Shown: positions 27,691 to 43,779, counted from the first letter of the stretch. The stretch: 64,000 nucleotides of DNA from Tubiluchus corallicola (GCA_030141605.1 JAQGDQ010000292.1:62001-126000); one strand, 5' to 3'. Numbers and translations: made by a program. Notes: a model not told the origin generated them from the sequence alone.

Positions 27691-30600
27691 TATTCTTTGG
27701 TTAGTCGATTTAATTATATACATCAAATATGTAGTAATAATAGTTGTATTTTTATTGTCATTAAGACCAAGAAGATTACATGTACATTTACAACAACGAT
27801 ACGTGCAACATGTAAAATTACAAACGAAACAAATATTAGTTTACTAATTTTGCTAAAGTAGGCCTATAGCACAAAAAACACAGCGACGTCAGTGAAATTT
27901 TTTTAACTATTAACGCCCAGAAAGGTATTAACAACCAGATAATAACAATTTAGTGATAAAATTTTAGCTGACTTGATTTTCACTTACATAAATAAATATA
28001 GAATATCGTTTAAAAATTTTCCGCATGTTAAAGAGTTCCGCATATTACGAAACTCCAAAACATTACTTAAATTTAGATTGTATTTTCTCTCACCGGTTTT
28101 GTTAGTTAACAAACAGTAAGGTCGTGTTCTTCACCTTACACTGCGTTACTGCAGGAGCACAGCCTTTGGTCATGTGGAATAGGTGGCCTATGCCAATGTC
28201 CGTCTCAACTTTTAGTCTGTGAGAAGACAAAATGGCTAAAGTTAATTCTAAGGGCGTCTAGAATAGTATATTTATAAATTTCATGTTGTTCTGCCGAGGG
28301 TTTTAACTTTAAGTATGTAGTGAATCTAGCTTTGTCTGACTTTCTCTTGTAATGCATTTTAGGCTACAATATAATATTGTAATTGGCTTAGTATTGGGCA
28401 ATGGGCCGTTTTCCCTTTTTACAACTTTTTTGTTTCTTGCTTTTATTAGCGTTTTGTCTTATACGTTGCAGTGAAACGCGCTGTTTTTCCAAAATTATGT
28501 ATACAGTTGCTTGAAATGTCTATCTAGTCATTACCATTTCAGAAATTGACTTACTAAGGTGACGAGAAGTCACTTTTTGACGCACGAAAATTTCCAGCTT
28601 TGGTAAAGTAATGAACGCAATCTTCATTTGCAATCAATGCAACACTGCAATGCTTTTACATTAATACCGGTATGATTTGGACTCCTATTTCACCTTTAAT
28701 TATACGGTGCAGGAAATAACAAGTCTGCTAATTAATCACTGCCCTCTGCCCATCATATGTAATTATGCGCACCTATGAGCTGCATCATTGCACACATTGC
28801 TTCATGCATGGCTTCATGTATCATTTTATGAACAGGTATAATTCTAGTAATTTACACTACACGCTGAATTATAGCTATTATCTACCTTGCAACAATTTGG
28901 CTGAGCGTTGATAACTTACACAGAATGTATGAACATGACAAATAGCTAAGCGTCTAGCAGTTGGATTTATTTTTAATAAAATTTTAAGCGGTAAGCGAGT
29001 AATACAGCTATTAAGTGAGGTATTTGCCATATTGCTTGAGACGCATACGAATACAAAAATTACGTTAGAAAGAAAACATGTCGCTGTACTAACATGATAT
29101 AGATGTGTGGGTCGAGAGTCTGATGAATTTTCTTTCTAAGAATTAGTAATGACAGACCACAGACGTCATTAACAACTATGTTTCATTACAGTAGCTGAAA
29201 CACAATACCAGTAATTTAACAACGAAATTTTAGAATGTCAGAATTTTATTTTATTTCAAAGGTGATGCAAATATAAATATCAGTTTTAAGACGTGTGAAG
29301 CCCAATCTAACAAATCGGCGTGTAACTAATTACTCACAAAATGTATACGTAATGTATGGAAAAAATTAGATGTTGTGTGAACGCTTGTGGTAAACTAATG
29401 TTAAGGCTTTAATTTAAGTCTGTCAATTTGTTTTACAAAATATGTCAAACAAGTGACCTAACAAACTTCATCATTCGTTATGTGTTTCACCATTTTAAAC
29501 TGATTTATCCTTAAAAATATAACATTTCTACTAAGCGTAAGTTAAATTAATGTTTTTACTGAAGTAATAGTGGAAGTGCTGAAAGAACAAGCTCAACGTA
29601 GTTTGGACTGGAGCAGGCTTCTGATAAATAAAGTAACGTAAATTGCCTTATACTATACAGCCCTAAGTTATCGAAGATGCACATCAGTGCACAAATTCAA
29701 TGGTTCAACATCTACGCTTTTCAGCGTCTATCTATCTCATAATTACAACACGAAGAAGATTAGTTTATAATCACTCCATGGTGTAAATCAGTTTATATAC
29801 CACCAGTCTATCTTTTGCGCGCCTGTGACAATTTGCAACACAAACTTATTACATCGTAATTTTTCTCGTACACATGAAACTGTTTTGCGCAAATATAGCT
29901 GATGGCAAACAGCGAAGTCCTCGTCGTCTCTGTCATAATCAATAGTTAGCAAGGAAATTCATGGTAGCCATTCTGAGGGGACATTCCACGCTACGTCGTT
30001 TGTCATAGTACTTTCTCGCCGAACATATATTCTAGATCAATAGCCATAATGGGTCTGGCATATGTGGAGATCTATGTGCAATCACTTATACTGGTACCGC
30101 CTATGAAATTTTTATTTCTATGATGATGCTTGTTTCAGACAATCTAGCTAATTCTTGAACGATCCTTTGAAAATGGAACAATAGTACCATTATAACTGAT
30201 GTTTGCTAAAAGCACACAATTACTGATATTGTCTTTTTGTGCTTAAGGAAATAAAAATCACTGTTAATCTATGATAGGAGAAGCAACCACATTCAAAAAT
30301 ACCGCTTCTTATCAGTAAATGTAATAGACAGTGATTACAGTTGTCAAATTTAGAAGGAAGAAGACTCTGAAAAATTGGAACCCCCGGAGCCTTGTGAGAT
30401 TCAGAGCCATGCTATAAACTAAGGAAAGTTATCCGTTGATATTGGTATTAAATTGACTATAATGATGCCGCTTGGTTTTCGCGAGAGAAAGTGAAAATTG
30501 GACGAATTTAAATACGTCAGTAGATTGTGGGTAGAAAGTAACTTGGGTCTGAAACAGTGGGTCATTTGGCGTGAGCTGTAAAGTCTAAAGTGTAAAACCT

Positions 30601-31130
30601 AACTTCAGTTATCCACGTTTCCAAGTAAGACCGGGTCAATTAGCTATTTCATTCTGTCTGCGTATGAGGTTACTGTTGTGGTGGCGGGTCAGGTAGACAA
30701 TCACATTATGGGTGACGTTTTCTAACCCATTCCGCTTATGTTCGTTTCTGATGCATAAAAGCCTCAAACTGTACATATTCATAGACAACACATGCCCTGA
30801 AACAAGACAAGGCACCCAATTATTAAACTTGTGCAATTATGCTGTTAACGGTAAATGTAATTGTTATCACTGAGCAGTGTCCTGCTAAGATGCAACTCAA
30901 AATTGCCTTCGTACATACATTTATTCCTCCGCACGATTAGATTTGTTTGAAGGGGGTAATGGTTCAGAATACATTACCATCTCATTACTTGGTTCCTGGG
31001 TGGTTAATTAGAAAATATCGATATCCTACTTGTATTATCTGAGGCTCGTGTGCTTAATGGATCGTGAGTAGAACAATTACGTGTGGTAAAATGAATGATT
31101 TTTATTATATGGTAAAAAAAGCTAATGTCG

Positions 31131-31308
31131 TACACTGGCTAATGTCGGACCTTTCACTTCAGGTTTTTACTTAAAATAACAATGTACTACAGACACAGCT
31201 TTTCTTTTTATCTATTAATAAAGGAGAAGAAGAAAATTGTTTATAGTATTGCTGCTTTGTTATTTTTAGTAAAAGCCTGTCGCTCGCACTCCGACATTAG
31301 CCAGTATA
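31131..31308. mobile_element. Small Tc1/mariner-like MITE
   Basis: TA|CACTGGCTAATGTCGGA ... TCCGACATTAGCCAGTA|TA inverted repeats with TA flanks. Confidence 0.6.
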
Positions 31309-32959
31309 CACTATTAGTGCATTTTGCCATATTCATTCAAAGCGTTTGTGTATTGTTGTTTTAGGACTTAGGTGATTTCTTTGAAATAAATATTCTGCAA
31401 AATCTAACAGGAAGTACAGTTAAAACTGCTTTATCCTAAGCAAGAGGAAATGACGCAAATGCCCTGCAATTTGACAGCGGCAACTCATTTTACACCAACA
31501 AACTTGAGAATGGTTTTATTTTATAGTTTCCAAATTAAATTTCTTCGGAGTGAATCGCTTAATAAGTTCTGAAATTGAGTTGTGGCTTGCATAAAATAAT
31601 TCGTCATTTGACAGCGTTGTAAAACACCAAGCATATTATATGAACTTGTGAAAAATTGATCTCCATAATTTTCTACTTGCATGTTTCATCGTTGTCTGGG
31701 TAATTGAGTTAAACTAGTTTGTCATGATAATTTATTACGTTGGTCATCGTTCAGGCGTAAAACGTAGCCATTGTTGACTGCATCCACAAGAAATGGTTTG
31801 CTGAATTTAAATTCTGCTAAACTTATAAATGATTGGTAAAATATGGCTTTAGCGCCCCAGGGCGATTGGGACAAGATCAACCAAAATGTCGTCCTGAAAA
31901 GGTCGGTTAAGCGAATATAGCTGATTTCGGTTCAGAGAAAGATTTAACGATACAGTGTATATATATTATATATATAACATGAAGAAATATAAGAAAAAAA
32001 CTTATTTGAAGTACTGGATTCACTTTTTTATGCTTTTAGAATCAGAGCTCAGCACTTTAGTTTGTAAATGTTTGTTATAGTTTGTAAAAGGTAAAGCGCA
32101 TTTTGATTCCTTTACCACATGAAGATTTCTAGGTTAAGCCACGCTGAGTCAGCGATTTAATGTCGCATTACTTTGGTAATTTATGAAAAACTTGAAAAGC
32201 CACTAAATTTTTTACTCACGTTACTCAATGGATTTAGCCACAATCAGCAATTAATTGAGGCTGTTCCTCAATGCTTATTAACGTTTACTTTTGGTGTGAA
32301 ATAATAAACGGTTTATCTTGTGTGATCAGTTTTAGAACGAACTACATGAAACAGACAATAAGTCTAACACGTTTAATTGAAATTTATAAAGCTCCCTTGG
32401 ACATCTCACTCGAAATGTGTTCATTTCAACCATAATAATACAAAATTTGGATGTATATTGTATTATTTTTTACACAAGTTTTAGCTTTTTATGTTTTTGG
32501 CGGTTACCTTGGCTAGCGAAAGAGAGCTGTGCATAATCGTCACTTCCGTGTGGCTGTTCGTTCGTCCGTGCAGAGAAAGAAGCTATCTAGAACCATTTAG
32601 TTTATAATATCAAAAAAGCCTATTGACACTCCCACTTAACTTAATTTGAAGACGAAGGGTTAAAGACCGTCTTTCTGTGCTGGCGAGTGGGATCTACGCA
32701 TATCTGTACATCCGATTAAAATAAAGAATTCCAGTTTGGCAAGTTTGGCAAGAATACCATGAAGACGTGCAATTAACTGGACGTTTGCTTGGCAATTAAT
32801 TAATATTTCACGTCGTCACTCTAGTGCATTTAATTCCTTTCGCAAGTGTTATGATTACGTTCCTGATAACATCTTAGATAATATTCGGACTAAAAGGGTA
32901 AACAAAAATCGGTATTCTTGCTATGTGGCCCTCAGCCCTGCGTTAAAACAACATGGAAT

Positions 32960-33360
32960 TTATTTGTCTTACATACTTGATTTTCTACGAACAAATTTTA
33001 ATAGGTTTATGCTGTCGTCTCATCATCTGAGGATTGAGACTGGGCCAGTGTAGGCCACCCATTTCTCGTGATAACAGAGTATGCAGGTATGATAATGTCT
33101 CTGTTCAAGACGAGTTTCATGTTATTGTACATTGTAGATTATCTGAGCCAATTAGAGATGATGTGCATTCAAACAGAGTGCAAGAGCTATTCGATTTAGA
33201 GCCTGAACTATGTGGTAAATTTTTGTCAGCAATTTTGAAATTTTACTCACGATTAACTCGCTGCGCTGTTATTTGTTGTTAACATTTTTTTTTAACTCCG
33301 TGCCAAGTTTTGTAATATTGTTGATGGACTATAATGTTATTAAAATACTACTACTACTAG
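32960..33360 (+). mobile_element. 5'-truncated LINE 3' fragment (RTE-X-like, a different family from 17.4-21.9 kb)
   Basis: RFMLSSHHLRIETG/RPPISRDNRVCRYDNVSVQDEFHVIVHC C-terminal motif; ends ATTAAAA(TAC)n. Confidence 0.8.
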
Positions 33361-33558
33361 GGTTGAATAATCAGATGAGGGCGGTCAATTAAAGCCAACG
33401 AGAACGTGGGATGCTAAAGTTTGCAGTAAAGCTAAAAATGGCTATAACGTTTAGCAACCGAAGCCAGGCAATAACCAGTACATACCTCACGCAGTCAAAA
33501 GGTCGTGTCTATCGCTCGCCTAGCTGGTGGTGATGTGTTACAGCTGCTTTAATGCATA

Positions 33559-33696
33559 TTCATGATTCACTTCATATAAATACTGTATAGTTATAGTAGA
33601 GGTTAAATTTTACTCTTGAGTAATTTGCACCATACTGGAGTACATTTATATATACAGTATTTAACTATACAGTATTTATCTGAAGTGAATCATGAA
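33559..33696. mobile_element. Short MITE / hairpin with 35-bp inverted arms
   Basis: ttcatgattcacttcatataaatactgtatagtta ... taactatacagtatttatctgaagtgaatcatgaa (1 mismatch). Confidence 0.65.
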
Positions 33697-33820
33697 ATAT
33701 ATATATATATTTGTATTTGTTCATATTACTGATATTTTCTCGCGTTTAATTCGTTTTTTTTACACAATTATTAAATAAAATGTGCTTACAGCTGCACTTA
33801 GTAATAACTATTAGTATATA

Positions 33821-35015
<1,195 letters not shown>

Positions 35016-37500
35016 TATATAATGGAATTTTTCTCTAAGTTCAATTTTGCTAATGGTTAATTATAATCGTGCCTTATACGTTTACGCTGTATTTGTGCGC
35101 GTTTGTAACTGATTACTCGCATTTCGTGCTTCTAACATTCGATTCACTTAGCGCCAATTATTGATTTATAAGGGAAAATTTATTTTACGGCTTTTTATGT
35201 AGGTGTTTTACGACGACACTTAATTTTCCGCTCTTGATACGCAATCTTGCTGTACAAAGTAATATCAGACATGCAGATCACTGCGCTAATTGCTTTTAAT
35301 TAAAAAAATTATCCAAGGTTTATTCAGAAAGGCAAGAAGTGCATCTATCATGAACATGCATACGGTGATTGTGAGTAATGGGTTGCGTCCTTTGAGTCAA
35401 TACAAAGAGATTTCTATAGTTTAATTTCGAATCGAGCTTTTGATTAAGAAAATTTGATAGCGTGATGAAAAATTCAAACACAAGTTATTAATCTATTTGA
35501 CTCAAAATTAGTTCTAGCGTACAGATGCTTAGATTAACTGCAGTAATAAGGAAATGACGTTTGCAATATGCAATACTCCCAGACCCTTGCACAATTTTTC
35601 AGCAAACAATCCTCATTCCTCAATTTTAAAAATTTAAAATGGTCAAATTCACAATGGCGGCAACCATTAAAACTAACAAAGTTCTTTTGCTTTGAAAGTC
35701 AATCTCTGTGGAACAATGCATTTGTTATATGCTAACAGTGACTGTCTTATTTATCATCATCCATCCTAGTAGACCCAGGGAATAAGCATTATAAGCGTAA
35801 TGATAAGCCTGAGGAGCTTTTCCTGATTGTGCACTTTGCTTCTGTTGTTCTTATAGGAATGGCTGATTGCTGAGATTCGAGCATACGTCGCTATTATAAT
35901 CCTTGTCGTTTATCATGTTAGAGCCGAGTTTTTAATCATGGAGCGGTTGCCGCGGCAGCAGGAGCATTAGCAGTGTTGGCCTTGCATGTACACGTGAGAT
36001 TATCAGTTATAAGAAGCTGTCAGTATAATTTTCTACATTTTTACCATTTTTCATCAAAACGAGCATACGCTCATCGTGTACTGTTTGATGACAGGTTGTG
36101 TTTCGTCTTTTGAATTCTCAAACTTCACAGGTAAATGAATTTTTCTTTCCAGCGTTGTCTTCACGCATACGTAACCAATTTGGTGGTAGTCCTAAATCTA
36201 AGAAGCATTTGAATTATACAGGCGCTGTCATTATTTTTTTAACTGCGGCACAGCGTACTTCGTGCAACCGTACCAAAATTTATATATTATGTAGTCATTG
36301 TATGGTTTTAATTGTCTTGAAGGTGGGTCGGAAAGGTGTATGAAGAGCTTGTTGATCTGGATCCCACAGCCATTGGTTCATTGCACATTGTTATTAGTGG
36401 GTCGTCATATATTAAACTTTAGCTATAAATTAACATCGTTTAAATGAAAACGAAGTAACATTGCCAAATAACTGTTTAAACTTTTATTTTTACCTTTATT
36501 ACGGTAATTTTTTTCTTTGGCAAACAGAGAACGGCAAGAGATGATGAAAGTTTAATAATTTTAATTTATTCAGGTACAAAGATACTATAAATATACAAAT
36601 TATATTTGCGAGAAGTTTTTCCACACATGCAACGTTTTAAACAACAATTATTGATGAATGAAAAAATTAAATGCGACAGTAAGTTTTTACCTACCTACTT
36701 TAGTACTGCCGTTGGCAACTGTTAGTTTGTTACGGCAACCTACGACTCGATTAAACAAGATATTTCTGGGAGAAGCCAGGCGTAAAAACAAAGTATTATT
36801 TTTATGGCAATAAAATTGAAGATGTCTAGAGCGTCACTGATTCATGTGATTGATGACCAAGTTTGTTCCATGGATTTTTCGTATAGTAGACGCATCATCT
36901 TGATTTTTACTTCATTGAAAATGACAGCTAAAGTCTAAAGAAACTTTTATTCGCCTGGGCGAGAATAAGATTTTTCTTGTAATTACTGCTGCCTGCCGGT
37001 GCAAGAGCAATTATATTGCTGAAAGCACTTTGTGAATAGACAGAAATCCTCACAAATTAAAGTTCGAAACTGTATTTTGATCTTTGAACTCTGCAGCAAA
37101 AAAGATAAAGGCATTTAAGATAAGAATTCTTATAAATGCCACAATGCATAAGAAATTTGAATGGCTCACAAACTTGTAGAAAACTAGGCATGCATAATAT
37201 GAAATGGACGCGTGTTTTTGGATGTTGAATGCAAGCAGTCATAATAAGCGTTTGCGATCTATATATTTTATTTAGTTCATATTTTTCATGCAGTTCAGCA
37301 CACTTTGAGGCAGAACGAGTAATCAATTGCCAGGCGTACTAGGGCGTACATTACTACCAAAGTTGATAGTAAGTATGATTGTAACTATCAATAACGAGAG
37401 AAGACCAAAACGTGCCTACTACTAAAGATATTATCATCTAAGATAAGACACCGAATCTATCGAATCTATACAGATGTCTTTCTCTTTTAGGAGCCATCCA

Positions 37501-37565
37501 GAAACAGATTTCTCGGTGATCACCCATCTATTTACTAAACAGCCCCGGCATTGCTTACCTTTCAT
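37501..37565 (-). other. Degenerate 5S rRNA-derived fragment (pseudogene or SINE3-type head)
   Basis: Reverse complement aaggtaagcaatgccggggctgtttagtaaatagatgggtgatcaccgagaaat resembles the 5S internal control region (box A AGYTAAGC, GTTAGTA, box C GGATGGGTGACC). Confidence 0.55.
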
Positions 37566-37689
37566 AGGCAAGCACACACCGTGACGACTCAACTGTTAAA
37601 CTCTAAACCTTCTACGATTTAAGACTTGTGGAACTGAAAAAATTTAAAGCCGTTAGATACTAAGCTTCATTCTAGCAAATTACTGTTAA

Positions 37690-38090
37690 TGTCTCATGGT
37701 GGCTAAACCTGGAGGTGAACCCTGCTCAGACAGACTGTTCTGACATAAACGTCAGTCCGGCTTTGTTGTGTGCAAACAAATCTGCGAGTAAGATGTCTGC
37801 GTTGCAGTTAAATGCTTGTTGAACTTGTCCACAAAAGCGACGAAAAGTCTTCAATTATGTTACGACACTCTCAATGTCTGTTTTTAGACAATTAAGAGAG
37901 CATTTACTGCGTCATGTCTGCCATAATGAAACGTATTGACTACAACGCTATGTAATGCATCTTACTGTTTAAACGAGCCGTCAAACGGCGACTTGGTAGG
38001 AAAATAACTTGGCAAAACAATCTTCAGAAGAGAGAGATTATCAAACTATTGACGGCTTCGTTTGTCCTTCAAATTCACTCCAGCATTAGT
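37690..38090 (-). mobile_element. Highly decayed LINE reverse-transcriptase fragment
   Basis: Minus-strand remnants in the expected order: ISLLKIV-/KLF, FHYGR, FVAFVD-FNK(A)F, EQGS; many indels. Confidence 0.4.
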
Positions 38091-38370
38091 CATAAAATTA
38101 AGTCCAAAGTTTCACGAAGACGTTAATTAGTTAGTTATTGTCATAGTGCTAACTTCTGTTCAAACTGAGCAAAAATTGTCAATGTTCGCAGACTCACTCA
38201 CTCACACACACTCTATCTCTCTTTCACTCTCATTCGTTCACTCATTCTTTCTCTCTCTTTCTCTTTCTTTTTCTCTCACATACCCTACAAATAAAGGATC
38301 TCAGCATTGCATATATGTAAATAGTGTACACGTGTGTAATTTTAAATTTGAATTAAAGAACGATAATATA

Positions 38371-38560
<190 letters not shown>

Positions 38561-40789
38561 CTCTTTCTGTTTCTTCCTTTCTCTCGCTCTGTCACTCTCT
38601 GTCGCTCTCTCTCACCCTTTCTCTTTCTCTTTCTCTTTCTCTTACTCTCTCTCCCACTCAACTATATCACTGAAGCCTAACGCATTGTTACTAGACCACA
38701 ACTGCTGCCTTTGTTTGCAAACTTGATTAACGGGTGATTTAATCACAAGAGGTTCGTCACTCATCGACGAATATCTAGGAGGTCTCTAAGGAATTCGCTA
38801 ACTCGCGTGTACACCTCTCATGTTTACCAAACTTAACCATGGCAAAGGACTGAGTAGAGATTCTAAACACACCAGTAATTGCTTCACCGAATACGACTAT
38901 TAGATATTCAGGACCACACACTATAGGTTACGAAGTTACGATAAATGGCCTATTCACACTGAATATGACTCGTACGTGTGGCCCTTGTAGTAGTTCTAGG
39001 AAGGTCGTGCTGATATAGGAATTGCAAGCGCACAATTGGGACAACGCAATGCTGGACACTGCTAACAACATTGGGCAATTAACACAATAATATCTGACAC
39101 TTGTCTACATACATCCAAAACTGTTTGTAGTGTTGTCAAGGAGAGTTTTAAGTACTCTACCTTTTGTTCCTAAAATTTGTTTCATCAAAAGTAGGATACT
39201 TAATTTTTATCAAAACGAATTTTACTAAAAAATTTGGCAGACATAGTTACAAAAATTGCCGATTATGAACAAAAAAACACATTTTTTATTTGCCTAATCC
39301 TGCTCAATACACTCATAAGGCTCACATCAGCTCATTATACAGCTCAGCAAACATTTATGTAAGGCAACGATGATAAGATATCATTATTCTAACACTAGTC
39401 TGAGATTGGTACATAAGTACATAGTATTACGTACAATTTAACAGGGTTAAGATAATTCTGTGTTTTCAGTATCTCATCTGAATTATTCTGGATAAATAGC
39501 TAGCCGCTATATTGCGGTCCTTCACAGCATTTAGATATAAAAAATACGCCATGCTTCTGGCTGCTGAATATAGTCTACTGCTGCAAATCAAGCTATATCA
39601 GTTTATCCTGGAGATTCGTGCAATAAATTAATTATAGATGCTATAAATTAAGATCTTATAAATTAATTAACTTAGCAGAAGAAATTGGATAATTTTGATT
39701 GTTTTTCTTTAACATTACATTACTTATATTCCTTACAAAGTTTTGTTTGCTTCTAATTTACAAGCATTATAAGTCACTTGGTAATGATACCTTCATGCGT
39801 TTATTGTTCATCTGCTTTTATTGCTTTGAACATCCCAACAGCCGCTTTGCATTCAGTTCATTACGCTGTCCTTCTCAGTCGCTATAGATCATCATGTATT
39901 TTTTCATAAGTTGCGTCGACGCGCCTTTTGAATATGTAATGAGACATGCATATTAAGTGAGCTTCCTGCAACACTACGCAACATTTACATCTGTAGCTTG
40001 TTACATAATCAGTCTGCTAAATAAACATATAATTGTACCAAAGAAAAAAAGCAAATTTGGCTCAACTGTTGTACATAAAAATTATTTAAATACTCTGTTG
40101 GCCAACATTTTTGGAGGCTCATGCGAATATCAACTAGCATCACATGATGTTGGGCTTCGTGTAAATCATAATTTCTCTAATGTAGGAAAAAACGCACAGG
40201 AAAAAGTGACTCAAAGGAAATGTAGGAAAAAATGAGACATACGTTATTTTGATGCAAAGTAATAATTTCTTTTAAAAAATAGGATGCGCATAGTAGGAAG
40301 CAGACCTCCGACAATATCGAAAAGCCCTAAACAAGCCCTATGTCTTTTGGTAGAAAAAAATCAAAACAAAGATAAAGACGCGAATATACAAAAATGCCTA
40401 TATATTATACAAATATAAATATAATAATATGCAAAATATATATTATATCTGTATACTTGTATATTATATTATGTCTATACAGTATACAAGTATTATATAG
40501 AGTGGCAAAAGACAAAACATTTTGTTCATTAACCAGAATTATAATCAACAATGCACGAATATTCCGCATAGTTTCATACATTTCTTTAACCATTTGGCGA
40601 TGGTATACAAATAAACGAATTTACATATGAAGTCAGCTTATATGGCTACATACATGTATAATCAAAGCATTATACAGTTTTTCAGGCGAGAATTTCTCGA
40701 AATGGAACCTGTAACTAACGCGTAGTTATTTGTTTTGGTGGGGATAATAAAAAAATTAATTACCCTATCTTGTAGCCAAGTCCTGTAGC

Positions 40790-41100
40790 TATGACGCTCC
40801 CTATAAGACTACCACGAAGTGCTTTACGAATGTTTTATACGTGGTATGTCGTCAAGTTTTGTGAAAAAAGAACCAGCAAAAACGCCTATTTTGGCAGTTT
40901 TCACCACCTTCCCTGTCCAGGAAACTGCTTCAAAACGCATCTTTTTTGTTTCCTACTCCGTTCTTCACAAAGTTTCATGGAAACCTGTTAAATACTTTTT
41001 GCGTAATAGGAGTACTGCTGTATAACAGACAAAAATAGCCAAACAAGCAATCAACCAATCAAACAAACAGCGTTGGAGCACAACTTCTTGGCAGAGATAA
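40790..41100. mobile_element. Helentron-associated (HINE/DINE-like) non-autonomous element fragment
   Basis: aagtttcatggaaacc...tttttgcgtaat, then an (AAAC)n-like tract and terminal cacaacttcttggcagagataa, resembling the common ATAACCTCCTTGGCGGAGGTAA end. Confidence 0.5.
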
Positions 41101-43779
41101 AATTAATTAAAATAATTATCTCCCAGAATAACCGTAACCCTAAACAGGCGATTTTTTCCTATCTTTCCACTTGTGCTCTTTTTTCCTGTGCCATTTTACC
41201 GTTCACCTACCATTTACAGCTTATCGTAAAATTTGGGCATTTCATCACCAAATTTATAATAAATGAGTCGTACAAGAAAAACTCTATAATTAAACAATGG
41301 TTATAAAATTATATGTTTAAAACATAAATAGCTTTCAACTTAATTTCCCTGTTAAGTGCATGTTTGCATGAATGCAAACAAAATTGTAAAACAATATATT
41401 CATTCTCATATCCGTATCCAAAATTAAAGTTAAAAAGTTGCATTCATAAGAATATAAAGTGCCAAAAGCATTTAAATGATACCTTTTTTCTTAATTAAAC
41501 TTCGCAATTTCAGCAACATTTTCCAAAACATAAGCAAGGTGTGGTATTTCTTGTATTCCGCCAATGTTCTGGTTTTTAGTTATACGTATTCCCTACACTG
41601 AAAAAACACATCTCTATCGTGATAGATGAGTTAGTATTTATCTGGTAGTCTGTTTTTATGGTATATCCTAGATGTTTGTGACAAATCTGCACCTGCGTTA
41701 CTTGTTCATTAACAGACATGGCTGCCTCCGCTTGAGCCAAAGCACCGCTATAAACATTTTTTGATTTTTAGTGTTAATGTTCATACAGCATTGTTAGATT
41801 CTCTAGTCTCTCACCGCTCGTTTTATTTAACGTTTGTTACAGTCGCTACCTTTCACACATTTATTGGTAGGTTGCTAATACCATTGGGAAGCGCTAGGCA
41901 GCACTGTGTACGACTGCTTTGCATCGGAAAAGTATGTAAAAAAGAAAAAGATTAAAATATGATAAAGTTGTGGTGAAAAAGACAAGTAAATATTCATATA
42001 TTAAATTACAATACGGGTAATCTATACTTTGCCTAGAAAAGGCAGTGAGTACAGAACCTGGATGCGCCTATTATACGCTGTTACATTAACGCTGCTGCAT
42101 TTTCTTCAAAGGCGAATTATTGTGCTGTAAATGGAAGATGAAAAGCTCTTTCGGCGTGAAAGCTCCCAGCGGGGAAGCAGGGCGCTGTAATTCAGATCCT
42201 TTACTTTTAAACCACACTGCTCAATTTAACTTGGCATTTGATAAAGGTAGATTTAAGACATGGCAACTCAATTTCGCTGGAGTTGAAAATTGGCCATGAC
42301 AATGTAAGAAAGTATCCAAATTACAATGCCTATGCAGTTGGTATTACTATTAAATACACGAACAAAAAGTTGCAGTTCCCACTTTAACTTGATTTTAAAC
42401 AACCGTTTACTTTTAGCAGTTTCTTCCAGCAAATTCAATGGCTTCAGTTCGAGTTTCAAACATTTTATTTGTCGTACTGAGTGATATCAGGCGAGTGGTG
42501 CAGTAATAATAGGTCTAATGACAGAGCCCCTGGGGTCCGTTTGCAAAAAATTGCTATGACGTTTCTCGACAAACTTTGTCCTTTAACAAAACTCTTCGAA
42601 TTTTTTATTTCCACTGCGTTTTTGAAGTCTCGACTGCACTATTTCAACACAACATTATTTTATTCAATATCCTACAAATACAAGTCTACCTAACACTGTG
42701 ATCGCGTGTTTTTATTTGAAATGCCAATACAAAATATTACTGCCTTCATCTAATAAAATTATCCATAGATAATTTCCCAGGTTCCCACCTACAAAATTTG
42801 TGTGCATATCAGGTTACAGAGTGAAAACAGCATCATTATTAGGAGTGAAGAAGTTTACAGACATCACTTACGTTAGTTATGTAGAATAACTGTTGAAGTT
42901 TCTTGGCATAAATATTATTGTAAGCTCTGTTTAATTGAATTTATGAATAAAATCACCTTGATTACTTGCATCGGACTAAATTAAAAATTGAACTGAATTG
43001 AATTGAGATGTAGTTAGAAGCACTAGTTTTGATACGGCAATAAAACATTGTGCGTATAACTGACAGATGTGTTTGTTTCGTGCGCACTGGTAACATCGTC
43101 TCTGCTTAGTGTTATAAAAAGCAATCTATTGAAGCTGACAGTGGTGAAAATACTCTGGTTCTTGTCACTGTGCTTACCTTATATGCTAACAAGGAGCTCG
43201 ATATTAAGTTAACCTTTTCGATCTTGCAAATAACCAGTCGCCAGGGAGCAGGAAATTAGAATCTCAAGAACCTATCGCAGTAACCCCAGCTTCTTGAAGT
43301 TGGCTGCTAGTAAATTGGCTAAATTCTTGCTTGCTTATCGATAATCTATGTTGGCCTTCTGTAGCATATGGATTTGTAGCGGATTTCTTCGCTAACGTCG
43401 GGTAGTATGATAGCTAGTATTAACAAAAAGTCACACGGTCAATAAAAAATAAAAACAATAAAGGTACCACGTTTTATTATATTGCTGAGTACTATACTCA
43501 GGTGTAAGAAAGCGAAAAAACGGTACAAGAAATGATACAATTTTACAGGCAATTTTTTTATTTATAACACAAACATCACAAAGCACAGAATACATCACAG
43601 AGCACATAAAAAAGAAACCATAGGAGAAAAAGTACAAAAAGCACAATATATCACTAATAAGTATAGCAGCAGGAAGATCAGGTATGTGGCAGAGAAGTAT
43701 GGTTTCTGGTTTCGGGATTGATTTTAGGTTAACTGTACTCATCGGAAATCAGTTGTTATATTAAGCTTCTTGTTGCTGT

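Noticed and set aside
29700-30080. Coding-like minus-strand stretch
   Set aside because: Interrupted by stops and I recognise no protein family
35858-35993. Exon-like segment (ttcttatag...gtgag) with a Cys-TGA that might be selenocysteine
   Set aside because: The same frame also has a TAG, the other frames are closed, and there is no SECIS or neighbouring exon
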